A DNA stretch of 64,000 nucleotides from Octopus bimaculoides (GCF_001194135.2 NC_068984.1:5674693-5738692), one strand, 5' to 3'. Numbered from the stretch's first letter, positions 26,090 to 40,525 are shown. Notes: generated from the sequence alone by a model not told the origin. Translations and numbers: made by a program.

Positions 26090-26944
26090 TTACGAATGGG
26101 AAAAGCTTTCTTTTCAAACATTTGTATAGAAAATACGGCTGCTCGAATTTTGTCATTTCGTTATATCTATTACATAGCTCTTTATAAAAGAGCTCAAGTA
26201 AGTATATCGATACAGACAACCGAAACTGCCAAGCTTTCTGTTCACTATCTATCACAACCGCCTCAAATCTCACAACCATTTCTTACTCTTTTTCTCTCCG
26301 AAGACAATAAGTGTGAGAGAGAAAATTCTGACAGACGAGTAGGGTTGTCTATCTGCACCACGCCTGATGTAAGTATGCTTTTACAGGATCGATAAACTTG
26401 CTGTAATTAAGACAAATTTCCCTCAAATAATACTCTGACTTCATAAAGGAAATATTAGACAATGCTATTTTTGACGTAGAAAGCATTGGGATAGTCACGG
26501 TTAGCTCGTCTTTTGTCACAGAACTGTTATATCAGGTCCAATCAAACTTATTTCGAGTTAACGAATGAAGACCATAACGCAGTTGACCCACATGCTAAAA
26601 TTAGCTACTAAATTTCGCTCAAATCACACCCTGCCAACATAAATCAGGAAAAGACACATGAACAATGTAAGGCCCTAAACCTATACCTTGATGTGGTGAA
26701 AAACCTTCTTTCCTGAGGTCGGTGCTGTCGAGATCCTCGTGTTCCCAGTAAGGTCACCTGCGACAACAAAGTAATTGTACTCCATCTCCTATATTCCGAA
26801 GAGTCAAAACTTCTAAATAAAAACGAAATATTAATGGTTGAGCTTTAGTCTGTACGTCTTTGAGGATTTTTCTGTGATGTATTTAAATTTATATATAAAA
26901 TGTAATGCTTGCCAAATCCGGTAATCTTCTGCTGTTCTCGTTTC

Positions 26945-27125
26945 TGTTTAGCCCTAGGTCAGGCCTAATGCAACAGCCCTAAGTTCAAATGCATTCCAGT
27001 CGCGACCATTCCTTCTGTTATACATACCGTATATTTCTTTATCGAATGGATTTTGTTTTATAAGACACGTCAGTGTGACTTATGAGAGATTTGGCTACTA
27101 TTTCTAGCAATTGTGTTACCCCGCT
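26945..27125 (+). repeat. Dispersed repeat family C
   Basis: gtttagccctaggtcagg...gcattccagtcgcgaccattcc...gctactatttctagca. Confidence 0.6.
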
Positions 27126-27867
27126 GTTGTCTTTTGTAATACTGTTTCTATATTGTATTTAACTAGGTCCATTTATTACACACCACTCCGTGTCTCCTTT
27201 TATATTTCACAACACATTCTCATGATGATTGATTTTTATGTGTAAGTTACCCATTATTTATATCGCCGATTCCATGTATCATTTTAGTTTTCGTTATTGT
27301 ATTTGTTTGTCAATATTCTTCATCGGATGTCATATATTGAAGCAGACATCTTCGTACTTTGCGAGGTCAACTCTGGCAATAAAATCCACGAGTAGATTGA
27401 ACCGGCAAAATCATTCGCCATCCAACTGTTTTCTGTCCTGTCCCCCCACCTCTCTCTCTCTCTCACTCTCTCTCTCTCTCTCACTCTCACTCTCTCTCTC
27501 TCTCTCTCAGACCACGATTGTTTCGCGAAAGACAGACTAATCAATCAATAATTAATTAATTAATTACAACCAGTCCATGCCTTTTTATTGGTATAATAAT
27601 CCTGCTACACAATAAAAATTATACTTAGTTAATTTCTCCAGCAGTCTGAGATATGCAATTTAGACTTAACACAGTTGATCTGAGAAGTCTAATTGCTAAA
27701 GAATGTGCAATTACTTGGAGAAAAAGCTCATAGGTTAATTAATCATCATCACAAAAGTTGGATATAAACTAAATTCTTTATATGTAAACGTATCGGCTCT
27801 TGACGAGAAAATATATTAAAAACGTGTTAATTGCATAATCAGAATCTATCAGAGGATGAAAAACAAT

Positions 27868-28205
27868 GGCGCAGGCATGGCTGTCTGGTTTAAGAAGTTG
27901 ATTTTGCAAACACGGGGTATCTAGTTCAATCCCACTTCGCGGCACTTTTCGCAAATGTCTTTCACTATAACCTTGGACCGACCAATGCGCTGTGAATGAA
28001 GATCGTAGAGGGAAACTGTAAAAACGTGTGTGTGTGTGTGTGTAAAACGTATGCATGTCCTTGTTTGTGTGTGTGTGTTTATCTCATGCCTACCGCTTAG
28101 CAATCGGTGTTCCTTTGTTTGCGTCTCTAGGGGGTCGATTTGTTCGACTAGAAACTTTCAAGGTGGTGCCCAGCCTTGGCTACAGTCCAAAACTAAATAA
28201 AACAT
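27868..28205 (+). mobile_element. Family A SINE
   Basis: gcaggcatggctgtctggtttaag head; central (TG)n; tail. Confidence 0.8.
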
Positions 28206-29232
28206 TAAGTAAAATATATTTAAAATCGATAAACTATAGTTACCAACACTGCAACGTTAATCGGTAATCTCTGTTCCGATGCTGGTTTTTATCCATTATT
28301 TTCATTGTCCAATCTAACAAGTCCCACTGTCAAAATATTATCTGCCACTAAAACAGTGTTTCATTGGTTTTCTTTCCATGATTGATCGACTGAGTGCCTG
28401 CTTTAGTAATTCAGAAACCACTCAAGGTAAGATTCACAAGGAAACGCAATGTTTTTTAGTTTTGTTTTTGTTTTTTTTTCTCTCGAAATAAATGAAATAT
28501 ATAAGAAATGAAGAAGTAAAGACATTTTTATTTTCAAGATTTTGCTATTGTTTCGTCATACCGTATGAGTGTTAAGTAGAAATATATCTCAATTTTCCAT
28601 GTCATACGGCGTGCAACTATAATTAGAGAAAGCAGGTAATGCTATAGGAATACGTCCCAAACAATTACTTTCAGATATTGGTAGCTAAAATAATAATGAT
28701 AACATAATAGTAATAATAATAAACGTTCTTTCCTACCTACATTTTGCGTAACGCTAATGGAAGTCAGTCAGATAGAAGTGAGTAAGCAGTAATGGGAATG
28801 AAGGTGCTGGTGGTGAGTTTGGTGTTGCTGAATGAAAAAAGATATAGAAGTGTGTGTGTGTGTGGGGGTGAGAGAGAGGGGGGATTTAAACACGAGGAGG
28901 AAAGGAGCTAATAAAAATATGACAACATAGCAAAGTGTGTGACGTCAGTGAATTTTATTCATCTCATTTTCTGATTTTAACCCCTCCTCTTTCTCTCTGT
29001 TTAATTGAAGTCTTTTCAAAATTTTATCTTAGCATGTAAAATAATTATTTTACAACATGAACGAGACCGTGCTAATTTCTTCTGTATACCTGTATGTATA
29101 TATATTTATGTAATTAAGTATTATGTAAGCGCGCCTGTGTTAAATATAAATACATATATAAACACTACACGCATGGTAGTGTGTAGATGTAAGGTCATAC
29201 TTGTAGTTATAATAATATATAATTGTATTTGT

Positions 29233-29545
29233 GGAGGCTCAATGGTCCATTGGTTAGGTCGTAGGGTTGCGGTTTCGATTCCCAGACGAGGCGTTGTGAG
29301 TGTTTATTGAGCGAAAACACCTAAAGCTCCACGAGGCTCTGGCAGGGTGCGGTGGCGATCCCTGCTGTATTCTTTCACCACAACATTCTCTCACTCTTTC
29401 TTCCTGTTCCTGTTGTACCTGTATTTCAAAGGGGCCAGCCTTATCACACTCTGTGTCACATTGAATCTCCCCGAGAACTAAGTTAAGGGTACACATGACT
29501 GTGGAGTGTTCAGCCACTTGCACGTTAATTTCTCGAGCAGGCTGT
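29233..29545 (+). mobile_element. Family B tRNA SINE, 3'-truncated
   Basis: Highly similar to 5733-6111. Confidence 0.85.
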
Positions 29546-29799
29546 GCCACGATATTAGTATTTATTTCTTACAGGAAGGTGGCCATGCTGGAGCCTTTAA
29601 GGGTTAAGTAAAGCTTTCGAATCCGAGTAGCTATTTTAAAATTTCGTTCTTATTTAATGACTGTGTATCAATGGAGGAACTGCAGTTGCAAATGGCTGAC
29701 ACACTCATCACCTCCTCATACACACGCACAATGATGGGCTTCCATATATTCTCTCCCCACCAAATTTCTCTCAAGACATCAACGAAGTGATTTCGGGCT

Positions 29800-30305
29800 C
29801 TCATTCACTGCGTGGCACCTTAGGCAAGCCTTGTACTAGGGCCTTCTACAAACTCCTATGAACGAATTTGGCAGGTGGAAACTGTGGAAAGCTGTCATTA
29901 AATCTATGGCTCCACGCACACGCACACACACACACACACACACGTACGTGTGTATATATATATATGAAAGAGAGATCCTACCATGTATGTGTGTATGTAT
30001 ATATATATATATATATGAAAGAGAGATCCTACCATGTATGTATGTATGTATGTATGTCTATATATATATATATATATATGAAAGAGAGATCCTACCANNN
30101 NNNNNNNGTATATATATATATATATATGAAAGAGAGATCCTACCATGTATGTATGTATGTATGTATGTATATATATATATATATATATATGAAAGAGAGA
30201 TCCTACCATGTATGTCTTTGTGTATCACATCCCCATCGCTTGACCAACCGGTGTTGATTTGTTTCCATAAGTGAGCGGTTCAGCAAATGGCACCAATAGA
30301 ATACG
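29800..30305 (+). mobile_element. Family A SINE whose centre is expanded into a compound minisatellite; 10-N gap at 30098-30107
   Basis: SINE halves flank five units of (TA)n-gaaagagagatcctacca-(TGTA)n. Confidence 0.7.
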
Positions 30306-30896
30306 TAAGATGCTTCCTAAAAACAAAACCAAACCAAACCAAAGCACGTAGAACACTGCTCTCTGTTTGTTCGACTAAAAGCGTTGAAGACGGTGGCCGA
30401 GCAAGGCTGCAGGTCAAAGACTGGAAGAAGCGGAAGAGAAAAGGTAAACAATAACGATTTAATGGTCTTCTATTAACTTCCAACATCTTACAGGTTTCTA
30501 AATATTCGTGGAATTTGCGCGGCTGCTGCTGGTATTGATGCATATAATACATACGTTGGGACGCAGTCTCTGTCAGGCGTTTGTAATTATAACGGTTAGT
30601 AGTATAAATGTATTCACATACATAGGTACAGAACAATACAATTTCTGTCGTATATTGGTGGTTATAACAGTTACTGGGAATATATTACAATCATCCACGT
30701 ACAGGTAGATAACAATACAATTCCTATCGAATGTTAGTTGTGACAAAATACATTTACAACACGCAGATACAAAGCAATGTAATTTCTTTCATGTATTCGC
30801 TGTTAGAAATGTTAATAGTGACGAAGTCTATCCATACATACATAGATGCATAAGACAATGTATTCAGTGTTTATAATCGCAGTGACAACATACAAT

Positions 30897-30935
<39 letters not shown>

Positions 30936-31071
30936 AGAAACCAAATGCTGTTTGCTATTGGTGGTTATTAAGGTAGTCGTACAATGACATTCAAATACTG
31001 AATATTTTGCCAGCATTCCTATACGATGTGTTTAACATTGTATCAAATATTCCTTGTCATTCTTGGTATAA

Positions 31072-31466
31072 GCAGGAGTGGCTGTGTGGTAAGTAGCTTG
31101 CTTACCAGCCACATGGACTTGGGTTCAGTCCCATTACGTGGCACCTTGGGCAAGAGTCTTCGACTATAGCCTCGAGCCAACCAAAGCCTTGAGAGTGGAT
31201 TTGGTAGACGGAAACTGAAAGAAGACCATCGTATATATATATATATATATGTAATGTGTTTGTGTGTCTGTTTGTCCCCCCAAAATCGCTTGACAAGCGA
31301 TGCTGGTGTGTTTACGTCCTCGTAACTTAGCGGTTTGGCAAGAGACCGATAGAATAAGTACTAGGCTTACAAAGAATAAGCTCTGGGGTAGATTTGCTCG
31401 ACTAAAGACGGTGCTCCAGCATGGCCGCAGTCAAATGACAGAAACAATTAAAACAATAAAAGAATA
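31072..31466 (+). mobile_element. Family A SINE, full length
   Basis: A box tggctgtgtgg, B box gggttcagtcc, CORE gcaccttgggcaag, central (TA)n, 3' tail. Confidence 0.9.
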
Positions 31467-32924
31467 AGCAATTGACACAGTATTAAAACAAAATCATCAT
31501 CGTTTTATTATACTAAATATCGATAAACCATTACAAGGCATGATACTGTGGAGTGTCTGATGTAAGATCTCTTCATAGCTTTGCATAAAAAGAAAAAAAC
31601 ACGGCATATATCGGTACGTGAAGAAGAAACGCATGTTACCTTTTGTTGGGGCCTGTCAATGCCGTACATTGGATTGTTACCTGCTTACAAGAAAGTAATG
31701 CTTCGATATATAGGACACACTGAATAAACCATCACTGATATTGCAGAAGCTTGCCGAGCTGTAGAAAAACTCGGTATATACAGCTGAAGCAACATGGAAT
31801 CAAAATCGCGAAACCTGTGGAAATGTCTGAGATAACATCTCTTCGTAGGTTGTTGTGTTAAAAATCAATATGTATATCGAAGCGCAAATTTTAACCCAGT
31901 GGCAATCATGTGCACCACAATGACAAGGCTCAACAAAGGTAAAACGCGCTTGCCATTCTCTTGACTCACTGCAGCGACTACGCTGTGCTTGATTCCATAT
32001 TTATTGTTTTAATACAAGTGTGTGAACAGATTTTATCTCAGACAATTCAAAAGCTTTATATTTTCTAACACTGTGTATACCTTTAGTATTGTAGACATAT
32101 GGCAGTGTGTTAATCTGTGACAGAAAATAATTCTACTCATCGGATTATATTCACTGTCATCTTGCTTTAATAAGCATAGGCATTCGTGTATGTACGTACC
32201 TACTTAGGCGTGCACACACAACTTTCCAAGCTCTTAAGATTTATGACACCAAGCACCTTTTTGTACGCGCACACAATGCTGGAGGTGAACTATAGTTGTA
32301 CAGACAATATCGTTATTCCGGTCTCAAATATCAACAATGAGACAAAGCCAACACAATATAAGGAGATTTGTACCTCTGCATTTTCGCAGTTGTACATCAC
32401 CACTTCTTGTATCTCAACGGTTTAAGCCTCAGTCACTTATTTCTCGATAAATAATTCATATATGCACGGCGGTGTATCAGCATGGCCGCAGCTCTAAGCT
32501 GAAACAATAAAAAAAAAAAAAAAAAGAAAGGAAATATTTTTATTTGATGTTATAGAATTGTAGACAGAAACAATATCAGTCTTAGAGCAAACACATTTAA
32601 AAGCAGGACACACATCTATTTTCATGCTGGTTTATGATACGTTAGAAATAACCTCATCGTTTAAGTATACTTTGATTGATACATAGATACGCACACGCAC
32701 ATACACACGCTGTGGCTTGGGTAAAAACATATGGAAGCATTAAGAAAAACTGCTTAGCTCGTGAAAATGATGTACCATACGTGAACTGTCACAAAAATCC
32801 CAACTCTGCTCACAAGAGAAATTTAGAAGCTTATCAAATGATTCCCTACAATTAAACCGGAAGACTGAACTTGTCTCATATTGTTGGCATAAGGATCGTG
32901 ACAAATACGAAAGGATAACTCTGT

Positions 32925-33125
32925 GTGTGTGTGTCTCGCACTAACGCTTTACAATCGGTGTTGGTGTATGTCCCCGTAACTTAGCTGCTCGTCTATGAAG
33001 ATCAATAGAATAAGTATTAGGCTTTTAAAAAATGACTGGAGTCGAGTCATTCGATTAAAGATTTTTTCAAGGCGTTGCCCCAGTATGAGCGCAGACTAAT
33101 GACCGAAACAAGTAGACGATAAGAG
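32925..33125 (+). mobile_element. Family A SINE 3' half
   Basis: ccccgtaacttagc...gatcaatagaataagta...gcagactaatgaccgaaac. Confidence 0.75.
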
Positions 33126-34699
33126 ATATATATTTGCGTGCGCACTCGCGCAGAGGGTGAGACAGATGTGGATTCTTGCTTAGATGTTTCCTCACTTTCA
33201 CATTCTAGCGTTGATGCTAGCGATTCCGGAATCCTCCATGCACAGTTCCTACAATAAAACAAAGCATTTGAAGTCCACGTACTTTGCAAAATTGGGATGT
33301 GTCAAATGGTTAAACTATTCCAGTAGACTTTGGTTAATTTTTTTTGTTTTGTTCTTTCTATTTTGTGTCCTTATCCGGCCTTTCAGAACTCTGTCTCGGT
33401 TTATCTTATGTTCTCCTCTTAGAGTCGTTCGGCATCGTTGTTGGATTTCAAATGGCTGAAGAGGTTATTACATATGGGTTGGAATTGGATATCTTCTCAC
33501 TTGATGTTTCACAATAGACCGAATCCTTCTCACCGAAGAAGTTTCTCTTCCTAAGAAACAGGCTCTTTCTCGTGAGAGCTGACCACTTCAACGAAAAATG
33601 GTACCTCCACAAGAAATGAACCATCTACTCACGTTTTTAGTGCTTTTTCCGAATGTTATCCATTTTCTGCAGACCCTCTTCGATCCTCGCCTAGTCTCCA
33701 TCATCAAAAGTAGATCACGAACGATCCCTACTCTGAGATTCCATACAGTTTCCTAATCCTACATTTCACTTTGAACAAATAAGCACTTTCTTCCATAGGA
33801 AACATTTTACCAACTTTGGAATCGAACACGTAACCACGTCACTACAAAGAGAAATTAACAAAACAACCATACATGTACCCATTAGAGAGTAAGAAATGAT
33901 TAGACAGAGATTTGATTGTTATTTCTAGCAAATATTGCGACCAAAGGGCTGGAGTCGGTAAGTTCAGAGCAGGTTCACGTTTACATTTAGTTTCTACATC
34001 ACAAAGGCAGCAATTTATTCCAAAACTCCATTATTATTATGTTGTTCCCTTTACGTTATTTACTTCGAAGCAGATAAAATCTCGTCTTGTATCAGAAACA
34101 TTAACAAATACTTGTTTTGTTTGTTTGTAGTTTGTGTCGTCATCTTTGTTGTTGTTGTTGTTGTTGTTGTTGTTATTAGTTACATGGAAATGTTTTTGTT
34201 GTTAGGTGTTACAGTCAGTTCCTGTTTAAGAGGAGTAGCTGTATGTTTGATCAGACACAGTTCAAACCGAAACGGTACAACCTTATAGCCTGGCTTATGA
34301 CCAATTACCGCACAGATTCTTGCCGTTAAGTATTTGAATATCACTCAGACATATTCGGAACTGGATGGAATGTACTAATTGTCAATAATGGTTAGCTATG
34401 TGAGGTTCAAAATGTGAAATAATACAGCTTATATGTTAGGACGGCAACAGATCATGTCTACATGACAGTTAACATACTTTGTAGAGTTACAATCAAAAGT
34501 GTATCTAATTTGCTTTCTAGCCGTATGAATAAGTGTTAACACGTCATTCCTCTCACTCGTCGAGCTTAAAACTCAACACTGATTAGTTCTACTGATAGCA
34601 GCCTTGTTTGCTTGTAAATCTACTTCACAAACTAAACACCTCGACATCTCTCTCCCCCTCTGTGCATGTGCGTGTGTGTGTGCGCACGCAAATATATAT

Positions 34700-35070
34700 C
34701 TCTTATCTTCAACTTGTTTCGGTCATTAGTCTACGGCCATGCTGGGGCATCGCCTTCATAAAAAAATCTTTAATCGAATGACTCGACTTCAGTAATTAAT
34801 TTTTAAAGCTTGATAGTTATTTGATTGGTCTTATTTGCCGAGCAGCTAAATCATGGGGACATACACCAACACCGGTTGTATGGCAGCAGTGCGAAACACA
34901 CGCACACACGCGCGCGATTGACTTCAAACAGTTTCCTTTCCGTCTACCAAATCTACTCACAAGGCTTTAGTCAGCGGTCCGAGGCTATAGAAGACATTTG
35001 CCCAAAGTGCCACACAGTGGCACTGAGCCATATTTTTTGGAAGCCGGCTTCTTACCGCATAACCATGTCT
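34700..35070 (-). mobile_element. Family A SINE, diverged
   Basis: Reverse tail gtttcggtcattagtctacggccatgctgg; tttccgtctaccaaatc. Confidence 0.75.
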
Positions 35071-35569
35071 GCAGCAATACGTATTAAAATGTGGACGGCA
35101 AAGATTCAATCATTCGATCAATTACAATAACATCTTTTTTTTTCAATTAATGTCTAAGATGCTGAGTATTTAATAGTCACAGCATCCATTCACGCAGTCA
35201 TCCTCTACAATAATTGTAACTACATGTTGAGCTTCTAAATTACAGATATAGCCTTGAACATATTTACTCGGAGTTTCATGTGGCCAGTGTTCTGGTAACA
35301 AGGAACTCTAATGATCAGTCATTTATATATGTGTGTGTGTGTGTGTGTATTACAGGTGGCCATGTTGGGGCACCGTCGTTAGCTTAAATTCTTGTTTATT
35401 TCAGACTCATTTCCGGGTTCGTCTTGATGAAGGAGTGAGTTTGGCTGAGCTGCCCCTCTTTGCGCTTCTAGGAATCATGTGTGTTGGTTAATTTGTTAAT
35501 TCAGCTTAAGACTTATCTAAATATTGTGAACAAATCTACAACTCGTAGATCTCTAAGGTTTTTGGTAAA

Positions 35570-36640
35570 GACAGGAAAAGCTGTTAACCATTGAAACCTA
35601 AGCTGTTATGGCAACTTCTCTCTTGGGAGGAGGGCATTGATTTTTTTCAAGTTTCTCCTAGTAGCTCATCTACAGCCCAAAGGTAATCTTCTTACTGTAA
35701 TGACTCGAGTTTCGATGTTTGTTTAACGCTTAACGGCGCCCATAATTGGGGAGCAGTATCGAGGTGACAGAGTGCGAATGTCCTCAATGGGACTAACACG
35801 GTTTCCTTCTTTCCGTGTTCTGAATGATCTCAGAAACCCACAAGTTAGTCATCTGCACATTGTTGCCATCTTCGTGATACGCACACGATACTTCACCATT
35901 TATGTAAATTCCCAAGTTACGCACAAACTCTGATCTCAGGATTGCTATAACCTCTAGTCCTGGGCTTTCTGACTGCAATCCCTTTGTGAGTCTGTAACGG
36001 AGTGCTAGAAATTTCTGAGTATTGAACTGCGTGTTTTCTTCAGCCCAATTAATATTGCCTTTCAGTTATGGTCAAGGTTCTTCATGGCTTGTGATGAATT
36101 TGTATCATCAGCGTAGATGATGAGATTGGTTGACTGTTAACTGATGTCTGAGAGAACAACCGTTAACAGTAGGGTCCCAGTACAGTATCCTAAAGGCCTG
36201 CACTCACTGTTCATGTTTCCCCAGAGAGACAGAACCATTGGTTGCAAATATCTCATTTTTTTTAAACCTCTGCCAGCCACTGCCCTATTTCTCGAACCAC
36301 ACCCAGTCCCTGCAGTTTGGGATCATCTTCCTGTGATTAGCTTTGCCGAAATCATTGGTAAAGTCGAAATACATCACGATCTGCTTTTGAATGATCGGAT
36401 ATCGTTTCTATCCAGTTATGTTGTAGTAGCTGTGTTAGGCAGTTACTTCCTGGGTGGAAGCCATGCTGCATGTTAGCGAAAAAGCTATTTTCTTCTAGAA
36501 ACCTGCTTTCTTCTGACAATGCGTTTCTTTGTTTCGTTTACATGTGAAGTCATATGGATCGGTCTGTAATTTTTAAGCATCTGCTCTCGTTTCTCCTTTA
36601 TAGATAGGTGCATATTATACCTTCTTTTAACATTTTGATA
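35570..36640 (-). mobile_element. CR1-clade LINE reverse transcriptase, decayed
   Basis: Minus-strand motifs KNYRPIHMTSH, QHGFHPGSNCLTQLLQH, VMYFDF..FGK, YADDT and RYCSPIMG; frameshifts and stops. Confidence 0.85.
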
Positions 36641-37958
36641 AGGTTGCCACATGCAAGGGAAACTGTAAATGCAATATTACAGGAAAAAGTGAACATATCT
36701 ATCTACGTTGGGCACCCTATTTGATGGCATATAAAACGTGCATTTTCTCCCCAAAAGAATGCCTTTAAAAGTTACCCCTTGTCTTGTATAAGAAGTTGCT
36801 TTAAATATTACGTGCTTTAATACGTTAAACTCTTTCTCCGCCGAGTATTCGCTGCTAAAATTGGGGTACATGTACCCGTGCTTCTTTCATGCCAAATCTA
36901 TACGGTAATATATTTACACACATGTGTAAAAATCTGCGTGATTTTCTTTGATTTCTATTTCAAGGAAAAGGTTACATTGTAACAGTTAGGAAGTAAAAGA
37001 GGATTTCGACTCTAACATGTAGTTTGTCATCGATACCATTGTTATTGATCTCTCCATATCGTAAATCATTTACTGCTCTTTCCTAGATGGAGGGCAACAC
37101 AATCGACCGAAGCACATAAAATGTAAGTACGTTGATCAAATAACAAGAGGAGCAGTGGTTAAGGATGTTAATCTATCACTAACACAGGATATAATGTGTG
37201 TTAATGTTAGAGTTGTAACATTTAAGTAGATTTGATGGATTCATGAAGATTTTCAGAGACCACAGGAGTAGGGTTGCAATTTCGAGGTGATTTAGTTATA
37301 CGAAATAAATTTGGTCTAAACCCAGATAGGGTTTATTAATTTGATTCGAAAGAGAGAGAAAGAGTCATTGATTCCAGGTTAGCTGCCAATGTAGGAATTG
37401 ATCATTAATTATTAAATTTTGATCATTCATGTTAATCATTAATTTTCGCTAGAAAATTTTCCCTTGGATGAAGTGTAAGATGGCGAAGAATAAAACGAAT
37501 TCAATTCTTGCTGCTTTTGTTTAGAGCCAAATCAATCCCCGATCAAATAACTCATCGATAGTATTTCATCATTGACACTCCACGAGTCTTTTTTTTTACA
37601 TCAACATCCAAACCGTCCAATATATCTTAATGTATTTAAGGAGACAAATTGTGGCTTTACTTTATGACTGTTATTTCTAGCATGTTTTTGAACGCGTATA
37701 GACCACCCTGTGATATGTTACCGTTCCCGGTAATGCGATGATACGTCTCAATATTGAGTAATGATTCTTAATACCGATCAACACCCGTATCTCAGGTACC
37801 CGGAGAACAGTCTTTCAAAATATTCATCTCCTAAACGTCAGCTTGCTAGTTTCTTTCTTTCTTGCTCACTTTTCTTTCTCTTATTTAACTCTTTTTTTCC
37901 TGATCTTTTCCCCTTTCATTTATTCTTTCTTATGAACGCTAATATTAATATTACCATT

Positions 37959-38377
37959 AAGGAAGCCGGCTGAGAGAATGGTTAGCACACCGAGCTAACG
38001 TCCATCTTTACGTTCTGAGTTTAAATTCCGCTGGGGTCAACTTTGCCTTTCATCTTTTTCGGAGTCCATAAACTAAGCATGTTTCGAGTTCGGGAAGTAG
38101 GATTGATGTAATCAACTCAAACATTTCCCCAACTGGTTGTCTTTGCATCACAATTTCAAATTATTATTATTATTGGCGAGCTGGCAGAATCGTTTGCTAG
38201 CATGGCAAAACGCTTAGCGGCATTTCGTCTGTCTTTATGCTCTGAGTTCAACTCCGCTGCGGTCGACTTTGCTTTTCATCCTTTCGGAGGTCGATATAAT
38301 CGACTCATCTCCTTCCCACCAAAAATGGCCGCCCTGTTGCAAAATTTGAAACCATTATTATTATTATTATTATTATT
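37959..38377 (+). mobile_element. Two Nin/Deu-like SINEs head-to-tail, each ending in (TTA)n
   Basis: Units 37959-38172 and 38173-38377. Confidence 0.8.
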
Positions 38378-39035
38378 AAGATTTCTTGCCAATACAGAAA
38401 GAGCCGGTTTCTAACCAAGATCCAAGGCTCCTTCATTGGAATTTCAATATCAGCAACAGTATTTTTCTATGTATGTATGCAGATTTGTATGTTTTGCTTT
38501 ATTTATGTATTCTAATGCATATCTAGACATGCTCATATATATTTAAATGATAAACCTCTAGAAAGTTTTAATGATTTTTGCAGTGTCAGTGATAGACTGG
38601 ATCTGTATTCTTCGAATTAGATTTCTCCATACGTATGTATGCATGTATGTATGTATGTATATGTGCAGATTTGTATATTTTGTTCTATGTATGTATACTA
38701 ATGCATATAGCTGCCTATCTAGACATGCTCATGTGTATTTAAATAGTAAACTTCTGGGAAGTTTTACAGTTCCAGGTATGGATTGGATCTGTAGTCTTCG
38801 AATTAGGTTTCTCAAAACCAGAAGGGAGGAAGCTGATTTCTCTAGATTGGTATTTAAGCAGTGTCTTACATATCCCAGTGCCCCAATAATTACATGTATA
38901 AACCTGAACTTGTAATCTAGATAGAGTAACTGTAGATTTCTCAATAGTTCAGCATAGGTATTCTCTCTTTCACTGCTCTTCAGCTTATTCACACAACTGT
39001 GCCACAGTTTCTCTTTTCTATCCCAAATCATTATA
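38378..39035 (-). mobile_element. 3' end of an RLE-type (R4/Dong-like) LINE with its terminal ~155 bp duplicated in tandem
   Basis: ORF 38729-39031: IWDR...ERENTYAELLRNLQLLYLDYKFRFIHVIIGALG...LIRRLQIQSIPGTVK. Duplicate units at about 38470-38626 and 38657-38812. Confidence 0.8.
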
Positions 39036-39064
39036 TCAGGTTTGTTGACAATATCTCTTCTATA

Positions 39065-39277
39065 TAAGGCAGCAAGCTGACAGAAACGTTTGCACGCTGA
39101 TCAATTATTTAGCAGCATTTTGTCCGTCTTTATGTTCTGAGTTCAAATTCTGCCGAGATCGACTATGCCTTTCATCTTTTCAGGGTCGATAATAACAGTA
39201 CCAGTCAAGTACTAGGGCTTATGTAATCACATTGCTCTCTACCCCGAACTTCCTGGACTCGTGGCAACATTTGAAAT
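39065..39277 (+). mobile_element. Nin/Deu-like SINE
   Basis: gttctgagttcaaattctgccgagatcgactatgcctttcatc; candidate TSD caatatctct at 39049-39058 and 39278-39287. Confidence 0.8.
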
Positions 39278-39563
39278 CAATATCTCTATCTATTTCTATG
39301 ACAATATCTCTCTCTATATCATCTTTCGCTCTTTCCATGTATCTGTTTCCCTATATTGTATCCATCGATCTTTCTCTGTGTCAAGCTAGCTCTGTTTAGA
39401 TCTCTATTTGGCTAACCAGCTTTGCATTCCTGTCTATCTATATCTATCTGTACTGCTTGCTTTCCGTCTCTAGCACTCTAACTCAGCATCTACCTACCTA
39501 TCTTTTAGTCTGTCTGTTACACACACACACACGTGTATGTAATGTATGTACACATACACGCAT

Positions 39564-39613
<50 letters not shown>

Positions 39614-40525
39614 CATCAGCTCTGAGTATAAATTAGGATATTATTGGAATCTATGTACTGAAAATAGAAATTTATGAATGGATTCAATATAAATCTTATG
39701 TTTGACAGGAATCGATAATGTCAAAGCACTAAAGTAAATCTCTCGAAAATCTATTGCAATCGGTGATAAATATGCTAAAGTAAAATTGTTTCTGTATGTG
39801 ATTGTTGCTGAGGGGAAACTGTCTGAATTTGTAAGATATTACCTACCTATTAGTACCGCCATCTTGATTTCAATAACATCCTGTTTTTCTACTGCACCAC
39901 CATATTAATCTCGCTGTTCTTGAGATGTGCTCTACTCTTGACGTGTAGGAAGTAGTGTGCTTTCGAGTGTAACACAAAATTTCAGTCCTGTATGGCTTAC
40001 TTTTTGGTGTAGTTGCGTTTTTTTTCTGTTAAAGAAGTGTTTCGTCTCCCCCACCACTTTCGTACAAATGCGACTGTTCTTTTTTTTTCGTTTTTTTTTT
40101 CAACCAACCATCTGAGGGAGATCGCTCAGTTTTCTTTTGGGCGTGGGAGATTTTGTAACTGGGGAAAGATAGGGAGTTAATTTCTGGCGCCATTGCTTGA
40201 AAATAAACAGACTTTGTTAAAGCCACTAAAGGCCCAAGGAGTGACTGAATGACGGATTGTCTAGCAATAATCCTTTCTGATGTAGGCGCAAGCGCTGACA
40301 TTTTGGGGAAGGTATAAGTCAGTAACATCGACTCTTGTGCTTGAGTGGTCCCCGAAAGAACGAAAAGCAATGTTGTCTTTGGCGGAATTTGAACTCAGAA
40401 CGTGAAGGTGGATGAAAAGCTGTTAAGCATTACGCCCGGTGTGCTAGTCTTGTTTGCTGTTTACCAAATATTCTGCCAGGTTTCTTATTTCACTATTGAT
40501 CCACTCTAGTATCCTAATCAGCCCA

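Noticed and set aside
26198-26374. Two GTAAGT donors and a possible 65-bp exon (26304-26368)
   Set aside because: GTAAGT is expected many times by chance in AT-rich DNA, and the peptide is not recognisable.
28940-28947. Perfect CRE sites (also 57165-57172 and 62345-62352)
   Set aside because: Roughly one is expected by chance in 64 kb at this composition, so three is not compelling alone.
29955-30215. CRISPR-like repeat-spacer layout
   Set aside because: Eukaryotic DNA, spacers are microsatellites, repeat is only 18 bp, and there are no cas genes.
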